Positions 50,024 through 59,950 of a stretch of DNA of 64,000 nucleotides are shown piece by piece. Position 1 is the stretch's first letter. Every line of letters begins with the position of its first letter. The notes below the pieces were generated by a model. It was not told the DNA's origin, did not search any database, and saw only the letters and a program-made list of their open reading frames with translations. Both the position numbers and the translations under genes were made by a program. The DNA comes from Saccharofermentanales bacterium (GTDB lineage Bacteria; Bacillota; Clostridia; Saccharofermentanales; DTU023), in contig JBBAEW010000003.1 of NCBI GenBank assembly GCA_041655695.1, positions 7,677-71,676 on the forward strand. The letters are read 5' to 3'.

Positions 50024-52587
50024 TGATACGTTTTTCAAGAAGAGCGGGGGAGGCGCTGGGCTCAGCCTGGGCGACCGCCCGATCCTTTGAGACAGGATAT
50101 ATAGGGACCGAGCACCTCTTGGCCGGCATCGCCGCGGAGCGGTCGGGCCTGGCTTCGGATCTGCTGAGTCAGGCGGGGCTCAACACCCAGACCGTCAGCC
50201 GTCACCTGGCCGTTCTCAACCACAAACAGCCGGTATCCATCGACCCGGAGGAGACGGACCACATCGACGGCAACCAGATCATCGGCATGATGACGCCCCG
50301 CACCCGCCTGGTTATCAATCTGGCCGCCAAGGAGGCCGAGAGCCGGACCTCAAGCGGCATCATCGAGCCTGAGCATCTTCTCATGGGTATCCTGCGCGAG
50401 GGCGACAGCGTGGCGGTCCGGATCCTGGAAGAGACCGGTATTTCACCCAGGCCTTTTTACAGTCTGCTTTCCGACCGCAGCCAGGAGGGAGCCCCCAAGG
50501 CAGCCGACCCTTCGCGGGATCGGCCGGAGTCCGGCCGGGCCGGCCGACCTTCGGGTGAATCCGGCACCCCCAATCTGGATAAATTCAGCCGGGATCTGAC
50601 CCAGCTGGCCACGGAAGGCCGTTTCGACCCCATCATCGGTCGTGAGGAAGAAATCCGCCGCATCGAGCAGATCCTCTGCCGGCGGACCAAAAACAACCCG
50701 GTCCTGATCGGCGAGCCCGGGGTTGGAAAGACGGCCATTACGGAAGGTTTGGCCCAGCGGATCATCTCGGATGATGTGCCCGACCTGCTCCGGGGCAAAC
50801 GCCTGGTTTCCCTGGATCTGGGGGGAATGCTGGCCGGTTCCAAATACCGGGGCGAATTTGAGGAACGCCTGAAGAAGGGGATCGACGAGGCCATCCAAGC
50901 GGGCAATATTATTCTCTTCATAGATGAACTCCACACCATCATCGGTGCCGGCGCCTCGGAAGGGGCCATGGATGCCTCCAACATCCTCAAACCCATGCTG
51001 GCCCGGGGCGAAGTCCAGGTCATTGGCGCCACAACCCTGGATGAATACAGGAAGCACATCGAAAAAGATTCGGCTCTGGAGCGGCGCTTCCAGCCGGTCA
51101 TGGTCAACGAGCCGGGTGAAGAGGATACGGTGGAGATTCTCTACGGCCTCCGCCCCCATTACGAATGCCACCACAAAGTGCGCATTTCGGATGAGGCGGT
51201 CGAGGCGGCTGTTCAGCTGTCGACCCGCTACATCACGGACCGTTACCTGCCCGACAAGGCCATCGACCTGATTGACGAGGCCTCCTCGCGTCTGCGGATC
51301 AACCGGGAAGGGGGTTCCCAGGAAGCCCGCGATTTGAAAGAAGAGCTGGACGCTGTCACGGCAGAAAAAGAGCGGGCGGTCAGGGAAGAGGCCTTTGAAG
51401 AAGCCGCGGAGCTGAAGGCCAAAGAAGACCAGCTGACCCAAAGCCTCCATGAGCTGGACGACTGCGAACTGGATGCCAACCGGGAGTCCTGGCCCGTCCT
51501 GACCGCGGATATGATTGCGGACATTGTGTCCAGCTGGACCAGCATCCCTGTCAGGAGTCTGACCGAAGATGACAGTGAGAAGCTCCGCAGGTTGGAAGAT
51601 GACCTGAAGAGCAGGGTCCTGGGCCAGGATGAAGCCGTAGAGGCTGTCTCCAAGGCTATCCGCCGGGGAAGGCTGGGCCTAAAGGATCCCGGCCGGCCGA
51701 CCGGTTCCTTCATTTTCCTGGGGACCACGGGAGTCGGAAAGACGGAGCTGGCCAAGGCTCTGGCTGAGACCCTCTTCGGCAACGAGCAGGCCCTGATCCG
51801 GATCGATATGTCGGAATACATGGAGAAGTTCGACACGTCAAAACTTTTGGGAGCGCCTCCCGGGTATATCGGTTATGACGAAGGCGGCCAACTGACGGAG
51901 AAGGTTCGCAGGCGCCCCTACTCGGTGGTTCTCTTTGATGAGATAGAGAAAGCCCACCCCGATGTCCTCAACGCCCTCCTGCAGATTCTGGAGGACGGCC
52001 GCCTGACCGACGGCCAGGGCAGGACGGTGGATTTCAAGAACACCATCATCATCATGACCTCCAACATCGGCGCCCGCCTGCTTGTCGGCCCTGAGGGGCG
52101 GCGTATCGGCTTTGCCTTTGAGCACAAGGATGAGGAAAGCAAGGAAGCGGATGCGGAGATCTACGGCGGCAAAACCTATCAGGAGGCCCGCGATCTGGTT
52201 ATGGAAGAGCTCCACCGCGCTTTCTCGCCCGAATTCATCAACCGGGTCGATGAGATAATCTTCTTCCGCATGCTGGACCGGCCGACCATGAGACAGATTG
52301 TGGAGATCATGATCAACCGCCTTTCCGCCCGTATCGCGGACATCGGCCTCATGACCCAGGTGACGGATCAGGCCAAGGACTGGCTGGCAGATCAGGGCTA
52401 TGAACCCCAATACGGGGCCAGGCCCCTCCGCCGCCTGATCCAGACCGAAGTGGAGGATCGTTTCTCCGAAGCCCTTCTGGAGAAGACGGTTGAACGCGGT
52501 GATACCGCAGTCATCGATCTTGATCCCCAGGCCGGACGTCTGGCCGTCAGCAAAAAGGAAGGCGAAGGCAGCCAGACCGACGCCTGA
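50020..52587 (+). CDS. clpC: ATP-dependent Clp protease ATP-binding subunit ClpC
   Basis: The Clp_N repeats are present. AAA-1 is GEPGVGKTA and AAA-2 is GTTGVGKTE. A UVR-like middle domain is also present, plus the ctsR operon context. Confidence 0.95.
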   Translation: MMIRFSRRAGEALGSAWATARSFETGYIGTEHLLAGIAAERSGLASDLLSQAGLNTQTVSRHLAVLNHKQPVSIDPEETDHIDGNQIIGMMTPRTRLVINLAAKEAESRTSSGIIEPEHLLMGILREGDSVAVRILEETGISPRPFYSLLSDRSQEGAPKAADPSRDRPESGRAGRPSGESGTPNLDKFSRDLTQLATEGRFDPIIGREEEIRRIEQILCRRTKNNPVLIGEPGVGKTAITEGLAQRIISDDVPDLLRGKRLVSLDLGGMLAGSKYRGEFEERLKKGIDEAIQAGNIILFIDELHTIIGAGASEGAMDASNILKPMLARGEVQVIGATTLDEYRKHIEKDSALERRFQPVMVNEPGEEDTVEILYGLRPHYECHHKVRISDEAVEAAVQLSTRYITDRYLPDKAIDLIDEASSRLRINREGGSQEARDLKEELDAVTAEKERAVREEAFEEAAELKAKEDQLTQSLHELDDCELDANRESWPVLTADMIADIVSSWTSIPVRSLTEDDSEKLRRLEDDLKSRVLGQDEAVEAVSKAIRRGRLGLKDPGRPTGSFIFLGTTGVGKTELAKALAETLFGNEQALIRIDMSEYMEKFDTSKLLGAPPGYIGYDEGGQLTEKVRRRPYSVVLFDEIEKAHPDVLNALLQILEDGRLTDGQGRTVDFKNTIIIMTSNIGARLLVGPEGRRIGFAFEHKDEESKEADAEIYGGKTYQEARDLVMEELHRAFSPEFINRVDEIIFFRMLDRPTMRQIVEIMINRLSARIADIGLMTQVTDQAKDWLADQGYEPQYGARPLRRLIQTEVEDRFSEALLEKTVERGDTAVIDLDPQAGRLAVSKKEGEGSQTDA

Positions 52588-52611
52588 TCCGCAGTCCCTT
52601 CAGCTTTTATT

Positions 52612-52647
52612 GCGCCGCCTCTTCCTGACATGAAGGCGGCGCTTTTT
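52612..52647 (+). terminator. rho-independent terminator after clpC
   Basis: A 9-bp stem gcgccgcct/aggcggcgc, then TTTTT. An extended -10 element, TGcTAGAAT (52650-52658), follows directly and probably serves folD. Confidence 0.75.
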
Positions 52648-52698
52648 CATGCTAGAATAAACAAACTGGGGAAGAAGGGCTCAAGACTGGAGGACATT

Positions 52699-53553
52699 AT
52701 GGCGAACATTCTGCTTGGCAAAGAGGTTGCAGACCGTATGGTGGAGGACTTGAAGGTCCGTGTCCAGGATTTGCAGGCCAAAGGTGTGGAGCCCACCCTG
52801 GCAATCATCCGGGTCGGTGAACGGGGCGATGATATTTCCTACGAACGGGGCGCTGTCAAAAGGGCGGAAATGGTCGGGGTAAAGACATCTGTCCGGGTCT
52901 TTGACAGCCAGATTGAGGCGGAGGTCCTCAAGGAGGAGATCCAAAGGATCAACCGGGATGACAGCATCCACGGCTGCCTGATCTTCCGGCCCCTGCCCTC
53001 GCATCTGGACGAGGAAGACGTCTGTAACACCCTCTGCCCCGAAAAGGATGTGGACGGGATTACCTCTGCCTCCATGGCAGGCCTGCTTGCCGGTTCCGGC
53101 ACAGGATTTGCCCCCTGCACGGCCGAGGCCTCCCTGGCCATGCTCAAGCATTACGGGATTCCCATCAAGGGGGCACGGGCAGCTGTCATCGGCCGCAGCC
53201 TGGTCATCGGCAAACCGGTCGCCCTCATGCTTCTGGCTGAGCACGCCACCGTAACCATCTGCCATACACGGACCGTCGACCTGGCTTCCGTCACCCGCCA
53301 AAGCGACCTGATCATTGCCTGCGCAGGCAAGGCGGAGATGCTGACGGGCGATATGGTATCAGCGGGACAGACGGTCATTGATGTGGGGATCAATGTAACG
53401 GAGGACGGCCGCCTGGTCGGCGACGTGGCTTTTGATCAGGTGGAGCCCATTGTGGCCAATATCACACCCGTACCCCGGGGCGTCGGTTCTGTTACCACCA
53501 CCATCCTCATGCAGCATGTGGTGGAAGCCGCTGAGCGGTGCGCGGGGAACTAA
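52699..53553 (+). CDS. folD: bifunctional methylenetetrahydrofolate dehydrogenase/cyclohydrolase
   Basis: LA.I.VG....S..Y, P.KDVDG, VIGRS..IGKP and PGGVG..T-like blocks are present. I chose ATG 52699 because a GGAGGA RBS precedes it. Confidence 0.9.
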   Translation: MANILLGKEVADRMVEDLKVRVQDLQAKGVEPTLAIIRVGERGDDISYERGAVKRAEMVGVKTSVRVFDSQIEAEVLKEEIQRINRDDSIHGCLIFRPLPSHLDEEDVCNTLCPEKDVDGITSASMAGLLAGSGTGFAPCTAEASLAMLKHYGIPIKGARAAVIGRSLVIGKPVALMLLAEHATVTICHTRTVDLASVTRQSDLIIACAGKAEMLTGDMVSAGQTVIDVGINVTEDGRLVGDVAFDQVEPIVANITPVPRGVGSVTTTILMQHVVEAAERCAGN

Positions 53554-53579
53554 GAGAAGAAGTCAGGCGGAAGGCCTGA

Positions 53580-53609
53580 TTGACGTAAGGGGACTTGATT
53601 CAGTATAAT
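53580..53609 (+). promoter_or_regulatory. candidate sigma-A promoter for the rpmH operon
   Basis: TTGACG (53580-53585), an 18-nt spacer, then TATAAT (53604-53609). Confidence 0.5.
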
Positions 53610-53698
53610 TCGTTCGTTATGCCCTGATTTTCATCAAGGCGAGACGGATGGTTGCGTTTTTATAACGTTGACATAAAGAATTTGTTTGGGGGAATACC

Positions 53699-53833
53699 AT
53701 GAAACGGACCTATCAACCGAAACGCAAGCAGCGCGCTCGCGAACACGGTTTTAGAAAAAGAATGGCGACTGCAGCCGGACGTCTTGTATTGAAGCGCCGC
53801 AGGCTGAAGGGCCGCAAGAAGCTCTCCTCTTAG
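53699..53833 (+). CDS. rpmH: 50S ribosomal protein L34
   Basis: It is absent from the ORF track because it is under 60 aa. The translation is [44 protein letters not shown], and a GGGGGA RBS is present. Confidence 0.95.
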   Translation: MKRTYQPKRKQRAREHGFRKRMATAAGRLVLKRRRLKGRKKLSS

Positions 53834-54252
53834 TGCGGGGGACAGGCAGGGTGGCTAGCGCGGAGCGGTTGAAACGGAACCGCGATTTCTCCCGCGTATA
53901 CCGCCATGGCGTTTACCGGAGCGGCCGCTGGCTTGGACTTCACGCTTTTTCATATGGCGGAAAATCCAGAAAAAAGCCTTCGCGTGTCGGTTTTACCGTA
54001 AGCCGGGCTATCCGGGGCGCTGTGCCGCGCAATCGGGCACGCCGCCTCCTCAAGGAGTCTTTCCGGCTGAGCGGAGTTGAAATCGCATCGGGTTATGACC
54101 TGATCGCAACGGCAAGATGGCAGCCCGAAAACGAGCCGGCCCTTATGTTGCTGACCGATGAGATCAGCCGCATGCTGGTCGGATCGGGGGCAGGCTTCTG
54201 GCAGACGGATCCGAAAGAAGACCAGGCCGGCTTTGTGCGTGATGAAAACTGA
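53833..54252 (+). CDS. rnpA: ribonuclease P protein component
   Basis: The protein is basic and contains [12 protein letters not shown] and the RNR.RR..KE (RNR) motif. It sits after rpmH. The GTG start overlaps the rpmH stop (TAGTG), and its exact position is uncertain. Confidence 0.85.
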   Translation: MRGTGRVASAERLKRNRDFSRVYRHGVYRSGRWLGLHAFSYGGKSRKKPSRVGFTVSRAIRGAVPRNRARRLLKESFRLSGVEIASGYDLIATARWQPENEPALMLLTDEISRMLVGSGAGFWQTDPKEDQAGFVRDEN

Positions 54253-54577
54253 GAACAAGGACGAAAAAGAAAAGGCCAGGCGGCGGTCTCAGGACCGGCC
54301 GTCTTTTCCGGCGTCCGCCCTCCTGGGGCTGATCACTTTTTATCAGCGCTTCTGGTCTCCAAACCGGCCGGCTTGCTGCCGCTTTTCGCCGACCTGTTCG
54401 GCCTATGCGGCTGAGGCAATCCGAACCTGGGGTGCAGTACGGGGCACGGGGCTCGCTCTTTGGCGGGTCTTGCGCTGCAATCCCCTGAGCAAGGGCGGCT
54501 ATGATCCCGTTCCGGGGAAAAGTATAGGCGAGGCGTCGGTTTGCTGCCATCAGACAACCGGACGGTCCGTCGAGTAA
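54242..54577 (+). CDS. yidD: membrane protein insertion efficiency factor YidD (with K/E-rich N-terminal extension)
   Basis: The core is LI.FYQRF.SP.....CRF.PTCS.YA.EAI...G...G..L...R..RC.P...GGYDPVP. I chose ATG 54242, which overlaps the rnpA end. At 111 aa it is longer than the usual 70-85 aa. Confidence 0.85.
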   Translation: MKTENKDEKEKARRRSQDRPSFPASALLGLITFYQRFWSPNRPACCRFSPTCSAYAAEAIRTWGAVRGTGLALWRVLRCNPLSKGGYDPVPGKSIGEASVCCHQTTGRSVE

Positions 54578-54589
54578 GGAAAGAAACTT

Positions 54590-55681
54590 ATGGCATCATT
54601 GTTTACCGTCCAGCTGGGTTTGCTGGACCCTCTTTACAGTCTGTTCGGATTGATTCTCGGTACGCTCTATTCCTGGCTGAGCAGCTACGGCCTTGTCATC
54701 ATCCTCTTCACTATCCTGATCCGCCTGATCCTGATGCCCCTGGGCCTCAGGAGCCAGCGCTCGACCTTGCGCCAGCAGATGCTGCAGACGGAAGTCAATG
54801 AGATCAAGCGGCGCTACCCCAAGAACCAGGCCAAAGTTCAGGAACTGACCCAGCAGCTCTATAAGGAAAACGGCATCTCCATGGCCTCGGGCTGTCTGCC
54901 CACCCTTTTGCAGCTGGTTGTCATCTGGCCCATCATCTACATCTTCCGGGCCCCCCTGCGCTTTATCAGCGGCGTCGATGTCCAGAACATCTACAAGATG
55001 GCCGACCTTCTTGAATCCAAGGGACTGATGACGGTTGCCCAGGCCAAGAACGTGGCTTCCATGGATATTCCGGTTCTCAACGGCCTCAACGCCTCGGGAA
55101 GCGCCCTCCAGCAGTCGGTTTCCAAAGGCTGGATTCAGCTGCCCCAGTTCATCAACACCAGGTTCCTTGGCATTGACCTGGGTATGACCCCATCCATCAA
55201 CCCGCTCAAATGGTTTGGCGCTGAATGGCAGGTCCAGCTGCCCCTGGTTCTGCTCATCGTTATCACCATGCTGACCTACTTCTTCCAAATGCAGATCATG
55301 CGCAAGAGCACTGCCCGGCCCGAGAAGACCAAGGAAGAAAAACAGCGGGAAAAGGCCAATCCCGCCAAACGCGGACAGAACCCGGATCCGGGTGCCGGAA
55401 TGATGAAGAGCATGAATCTGGTCATGCCCATGGTCATGCTTTTCACCATGTTCAGCATGCCGGCGGCCATGTGTCTCTACTGGCTCTTCCAGAATATTAT
55501 GTACATCATCCAATCAGCCATCGGCTATGAGTATTATGTCAAGCCCCTGCGGCTTGCTTACGCGGATGAACAGGCCGTTTTTGACAAGTCGCGCAGCCGT
55601 GACCTGTCGGCCGCAAGTCCGGAGGAACAAGGTGGTTTTAAAGCTTTTGTCGCTCGCTTCAAAAGCCGCAAAGACCAATGA
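54590..55681 (+). CDS. yidC: membrane protein insertase YidC/Oxa1 family
   Basis: The 60-kDa-IMP core is present: ...G.AIIL.T...R..L.PL...Q......M...QPE...I..KYK..., with multiple TM helices. Its position is between yidD and jag. Confidence 0.9.
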   Translation: MASLFTVQLGLLDPLYSLFGLILGTLYSWLSSYGLVIILFTILIRLILMPLGLRSQRSTLRQQMLQTEVNEIKRRYPKNQAKVQELTQQLYKENGISMASGCLPTLLQLVVIWPIIYIFRAPLRFISGVDVQNIYKMADLLESKGLMTVAQAKNVASMDIPVLNGLNASGSALQQSVSKGWIQLPQFINTRFLGIDLGMTPSINPLKWFGAEWQVQLPLVLLIVITMLTYFFQMQIMRKSTARPEKTKEEKQREKANPAKRGQNPDPGAGMMKSMNLVMPMVMLFTMFSMPAAMCLYWLFQNIMYIIQSAIGYEYYVKPLRLAYADEQAVFDKSRSRDLSAASPEEQGGFKAFVARFKSRKDQ

Positions 55682-55767
55682 TTTCATCAAACGCGCGGCT
55701 TGGGCCGTGCCTCAGATAACAGCGGACATCTGGCTTTCCGTTGTTCGTGCGTGAGGAGGCTATCTGC

Positions 55768-56541
55768 ATGGAACGCACCATTGAAAAGACCGCAAGGACG
55801 GTCGATCTGGCAATCAGTCAAGCATTGGAAGAACTGGGAGTCAGTGAAGAATTCGCCCTGATTGAAGTATTGGACGAAGGCGAAACGGGAGGCTTGCTGG
55901 GTTTCGGACGCCGGCCTGCCCGGGTCCGGGTATCCACCGAAGTTGACGGGAAGAAGGCCGCAAAGCCAGCTCCCCCCAAAGCCCAGACCAGCCGCCGCAA
56001 ACCGGTTCAAGAGGAAGACGACGGCGGGGATGACAGCGACTGGAAGGTGGACAGCAAGGACCGCGGTCTGGCTGCTGCGGAGAACGCCGCCCTGGATTAC
56101 GTCGAAGCCATCCTGTCCGGCATCGGAATTCACGGCCGGATCGAGTCCTATCTGGGCCAGGATGAAAGTCTGCATATCGAGATTCTGGGCAACGACTGCG
56201 CCGTCGCAATCGGCCGCCACGGGGAGACCCTGGATTCCATCCAGTATCTGTCCAATATCGTGGCCAACCGGTGGATTGACGAACACCTGCGGGTGGTCGT
56301 TGACGTGGCAGGCTACAGGACCCGGCGCGAACAGCGCATCCAGCAGCAGGCCCGCCGCACGGCCGAGCGTGTTCTGGACACGGGCCGCGAATCCAGGCTC
56401 AAGCCCATGACCCCTGCCGAACGCCGGATTGTTCACCTCTGCCTGCGAGAGACTGAGGGGATCACCACTTACAGCGAAGGAGCCGATCCCCACCGCTATG
56501 TCGTCATCTCACCAACGGCCGGATTGGAGATCATCGGCTGA
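55768..56541 (+). CDS. jag: RNA-binding protein Jag/KhpB (Jag_N-KH-R3H)
   Basis: The Jag_N domain is the N-terminal MERTIEKTARTVDLAISQALEELGV. The KH block is IGRHGETLDSIQYL. The R3H block is L.PM...ERRIVH..L. I chose ATG 55768 because a GAGGAGG RBS precedes it. Confidence 0.9.
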   Translation: MERTIEKTARTVDLAISQALEELGVSEEFALIEVLDEGETGGLLGFGRRPARVRVSTEVDGKKAAKPAPPKAQTSRRKPVQEEDDGGDDSDWKVDSKDRGLAAAENAALDYVEAILSGIGIHGRIESYLGQDESLHIEILGNDCAVAIGRHGETLDSIQYLSNIVANRWIDEHLRVVVDVAGYRTRREQRIQQQARRTAERVLDTGRESRLKPMTPAERRIVHLCLRETEGITTYSEGADPHRYVVISPTAGLEIIG

Positions 56542-56548
56542 GACTGCC

Positions 56549-58006
56549 ATGAAGGACACATCCATCGACACCATCGCGGCCTTTTCGACACCGCCGGGCG
56601 AGAGCGGCTTGGCGGTGTTTCGCATTTCCGGTCCCCAGGCCGGCCAAGTCTGCGACCGCTTTTTCCGGCCCTCCAGCCCAGCTTTCCCTCGGCCTTCCCT
56701 CATGGAAGGCTACACAATGGCGCCGGGAATCTGGGCAGACATCGACCAGGTAGTTCTGGCCTGCTTCCGGGCACCCCACTCCTATACAGGCGAAGATCTT
56801 TATGAAGTGTCCTGCCACGGAGGCCAGGCGGTCCGCCAGGCTATCCTGGCCAGCGCCCTGTCAGCCGGAGCCCGGGCAGCCGGACCCGGGGAATTCAGCC
56901 GCCGGGCCTTCATCAACGGGAAAATGGACCTGTCGTCTGCGGAAGCCGTCATGGACCTGATCGGAGCCCAGGCTGACCGCCAGGCCCAGGTGGCCTTCCG
57001 CCAGCTTCGCGGGGGTATTTCCCGCACGGTCCGCCAGCGGGTTGACCGCCTCTACGGGGTCCTGGCCCGCCTGGAGATGCTGCTGGACTGGGACGAGGAA
57101 GAAGAGCGGCCCCAGGACCGACTGGACCTGATCGGCGAATTGGATCAGGTGGAGACGGATCTCCTGCGGCTGGCGGAGACCTTCACCAAGGGGCGGGTCA
57201 TACGGGAAGGCCTGTCCGTCGTCATCGCCGGCAGCCCCAATGTGGGCAAGTCATCCCTGCTCAACCGCCTGGCCCAGCGCGACCGCGCCATCGTCAGCCC
57301 CATTCCCGGGACTACGCGGGACACAGTGGAGATCGACCTGACCCTGGACGGCTATCTGATTCATCTGACCGACACGGCAGGGCTCGCCCATGAAAGCCCC
57401 GACCCCATTGAACGTCAGGGTATCCTGCGAGCCGAGATGGCATTGGATGAAGCTGACCTCCTCTTGTGGGTCCTCTCACCCCCTCTCCTGCCTCCCGAAG
57501 AAAGAAGTCTGGAAGAAGCGCGCATCGACCGGTTGATAGCCCGGGGGCAGGCCATCCTCCTGATCCTTGGCAAGGATGACCTCAGGTCCTCCCTGCCGCA
57601 AGAGGAAGACCCGGTCCGCTACGCGGTCCAGCGTTACCCCGAAATCCCATCACTGACCTGGTCGCAGACGCAGGAAGAAGACCTGGACCGGCTGCGCGGC
57701 GTCCTCATCCGCTTCATAGAGGAGGGCCGCCTGGACCAGGCACCCTTGGCGGAAGAAGAGATGCAGGTCCCGGTTGCTGACACAGAAAGCCATGAGCTTC
57801 TGACCCATGCCCGCCACAAGGCTGCCATCGACCGGGCACTGGCTCTGGTCGCCCAGGCCAAAAACGATCTTATAGCTTCGCGCTCCTTCGATCTTGTCGC
57901 CATCAGCCTCAAGGAGGCTTTAACTGAGCTTGCCGCCATCACCGGGGACGATGTGTCCGAGACCCTGATCGAAGAGATCTTCGGCCGTTTTTGCGTGGGC
58001 AAATAG
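56549..58006 (+). CDS. mnmE: tRNA modification GTPase MnmE
   Basis: DTIAA.STPPG..G.AV.R.SG, the G domain GSPNVGKSSLLN / DTAG, and the C-terminal FCVGK are present. The start was trimmed to ATG 56549. Confidence 0.95.
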   Translation: MKDTSIDTIAAFSTPPGESGLAVFRISGPQAGQVCDRFFRPSSPAFPRPSLMEGYTMAPGIWADIDQVVLACFRAPHSYTGEDLYEVSCHGGQAVRQAILASALSAGARAAGPGEFSRRAFINGKMDLSSAEAVMDLIGAQADRQAQVAFRQLRGGISRTVRQRVDRLYGVLARLEMLLDWDEEEERPQDRLDLIGELDQVETDLLRLAETFTKGRVIREGLSVVIAGSPNVGKSSLLNRLAQRDRAIVSPIPGTTRDTVEIDLTLDGYLIHLTDTAGLAHESPDPIERQGILRAEMALDEADLLLWVLSPPLLPPEERSLEEARIDRLIARGQAILLILGKDDLRSSLPQEEDPVRYAVQRYPEIPSLTWSQTQEEDLDRLRGVLIRFIEEGRLDQAPLAEEEMQVPVADTESHELLTHARHKAAIDRALALVAQAKNDLIASRSFDLVAISLKEALTELAAITGDDVSETLIEEIFGRFCVGK

Positions 58007-59950
58007 GTGACGGGCGTGACTTCATTCAAGCAGGCCATGGACCGGCCGGGCGCCTACCTGGCGGGCCAGGCGGATATCATCGTCGTCGGGGCCGGCCATG
58101 CGGGCTGCGAGGCGGCCCTGGCAGCGGCAAGGCTTGGCCGGCAGGTCATTCTCTTCACCATGACTCTGGACAGTCTGGCCAACCTGCCCTGCAATCCCAA
58201 TATCGGGGGGACGGCCAAGGGGCAGATGGTCCGTGAGATCGATGCCCTGGGCGGTGAGATGGGCCGGCTGGCCGACCGCCACATGATTCAATTCCGCATG
58301 CTGAACGCGACCAAGGGTCCGGCCGTCATGTCGCCCCGGGCCCAGATGGACCGGACCGGCTATCAGCGGGGCATGAAGGAGATCCTGGAAGAAGAACCTG
58401 ATCTGCTTCTGATCCAGCAGGAGATCACCGGCCTTCTGACAGATGAGGGCAGGATCCAGGGTGTCATCTCGGCAACGGGCTCCCTCTATCGGGGGCAGGC
58501 CGTCATCCTCTGTCCCGGAACCTTTCTGGACGGCCGGGTCATTATCGGGGACTCAGTCCGCAGCCAGGGTCCTGACCAGCTGAGCCCTGCCATCGGCCTG
58601 GGGGAGGCTTTGACAGACCTTGGCCTTCCAACCCGCCGTTTCAAGACGGGTACCCCGGGACGTTTTCACAGGCGGAGCCTGGATCTTGACCGCATGGAGC
58701 CGCAGGAAGCGGACCGGGTAGCCAAGCCTTTTTCCTTTGACAATGAGGAGGACCCCGACTGGCGCCCCCTGGCGGAACTGCCCTGCTTTATCACCTGGAC
58801 AACAGAGGAAACCCGCCGGCTACTGACTGACAACATGGACCGGTCTCCTCTTTATTCGGGGATTATTGAGGGCGTGGGGCCGCGCTACTGTCCCTCCATC
58901 GAAGATAAAATTGTCAAATTCCCCGAACACGGACGACACCATGTTTTCCTGGAACCGACGGGTCTGGATACCCAGGAGATGTACGCGTCAGGTCTTTCCA
59001 CCTCCATGCCTGAAGAGGTCCAGCAGGGGCTCCTGAAGACGGTCCCGGGCATGGAAGAAGCGGAGACCATGCGGCCCGCCTACGCCATTGAATACCTGTG
59101 CGTGGACCCCACAGCCCTCAAGCTGTCCCTGGAGGTCAAGGACCTGCGAGGTCTCTTCCTGGCCGGCCAGATCAACGGGTCTTCAGGTTACGAGGAAGCC
59201 GCTGCCCAAGGCCTCATGGCCGGGATCAACGCGGTCCGCCTGCTTATGGACCAGGAACCGCTGGTCATCGATCGTTCCGAGGGCTACATCGGTGTCCTCA
59301 TTGACGACCTGGTGACCAAGGGAACCAATGAACCTTACCGGCTGATGACGTCGCGGGCCGAGTACCGCCTGCTCCTGCGCCAGGACAATGCCGATGCCCG
59401 CCTGACCCCCATCGGCTATGAGGCCGGCCTGATCCCGGAGGATCGCTGGCAGCGTTTTCAGGCAAAACAGGCCGCTATTGAGGAAGAAAAAGAGCGCCTG
59501 TCCCGGGTTCAGGTCAAAAAGACGGAAGAATCCGACAGGCTGCTGACAGAGGCCGGCAGCACCCCCCTCAAGCGGACCGCCCGGCTCTACGATCTTCTGA
59601 AAAGGCCGGAACTGACCTATGAAGGCCTGGCTCCCCTGGATCCCGGCCGGCCGGATCTGCCCTGGGCAGTCAGGGAGTCCGTAGAAATCCAGATCCATTA
59701 CGAGGGTTATATCCGCATGGAACATGACCGGGTCCAGCGTTTTCGAAAACTGGAGAGCAAGAGGCTTCCCGATCAGATCCGTTACCAGGACATCAGAGGG
59801 CTGCGCCTGGAAGCCCGCCAGAAGCTTTCGGAGCGCCGGCCGGTCTCACTGGGTCAGGCCAGCCGTATTTCCGGTGTCTCCCCCGCGGATATCCAGGTTC
59901 TCCTGGTCTATCTGGAGCAGTGGAAGGCAAGAGGGCAGAGCCATGGATAG
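58007..59950 (+). CDS. mnmG: tRNA uridine 5-carboxymethylaminomethyl modification enzyme MnmG
   Basis: The FAD site is DIIVVGAGHAGCEAA. GGT.KG, GPRYCPSIEDK and GQINGT/S.GYEEAA are also present. Confidence 0.95.
   Translation: MTGVTSFKQAMDRPGAYLAGQADIIVVGAGHAGCEAALAAARLGRQVILFTMTLDSLANLPCNPNIGGTAKGQMVREIDALGGEMGRLADRHMIQFRMLNATKGPAVMSPRAQMDRTGYQRGMKEILEEEPDLLLIQQEITGLLTDEGRIQGVISATGSLYRGQAVILCPGTFLDGRVIIGDSVRSQGPDQLSPAIGLGEALTDLGLPTRRFKTGTPGRFHRRSLDLDRMEPQEADRVAKPFSFDNEEDPDWRPLAELPCFITWTTEETRRLLTDNMDRSPLYSGIIEGVGPRYCPSIEDKIVKFPEHGRHHVFLEPTGLDTQEMYASGLSTSMPEEVQQGLLKTVPGMEEAETMRPAYAIEYLCVDPTALKLSLEVKDLRGLFLAGQINGSSGYEEAAAQGLMAGINAVRLLMDQEPLVIDRSEGYIGVLIDDLVTKGTNEPYRLMTSRAEYRLLLRQDNADARLTPIGYEAGLIPEDRWQRFQAKQAAIEEEKERLSRVQVKKTEESDRLLTEAGSTPLKRTARLYDLLKRPELTYEGLAPLDPGRPDLPWAVRESVEIQIHYEGYIRMEHDRVQRFRKLESKRLPDQIRYQDIRGLRLEARQKLSERRPVSLGQASRISGVSPADIQVLLVYLEQWKARGQSHG

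Noticed and set aside
53554-53698. Looked for oriC features (DnaA boxes, AT-rich unwinding element) next to rpmH, and also at 61874-62053 and 13024-13394.
   Set aside because: I saw no TTATCCACA/TGTGGATAA-like clusters by eye. The nearest look-alike (ATTACCACA near 13271) is single and imperfect. A formal scan is still needed.
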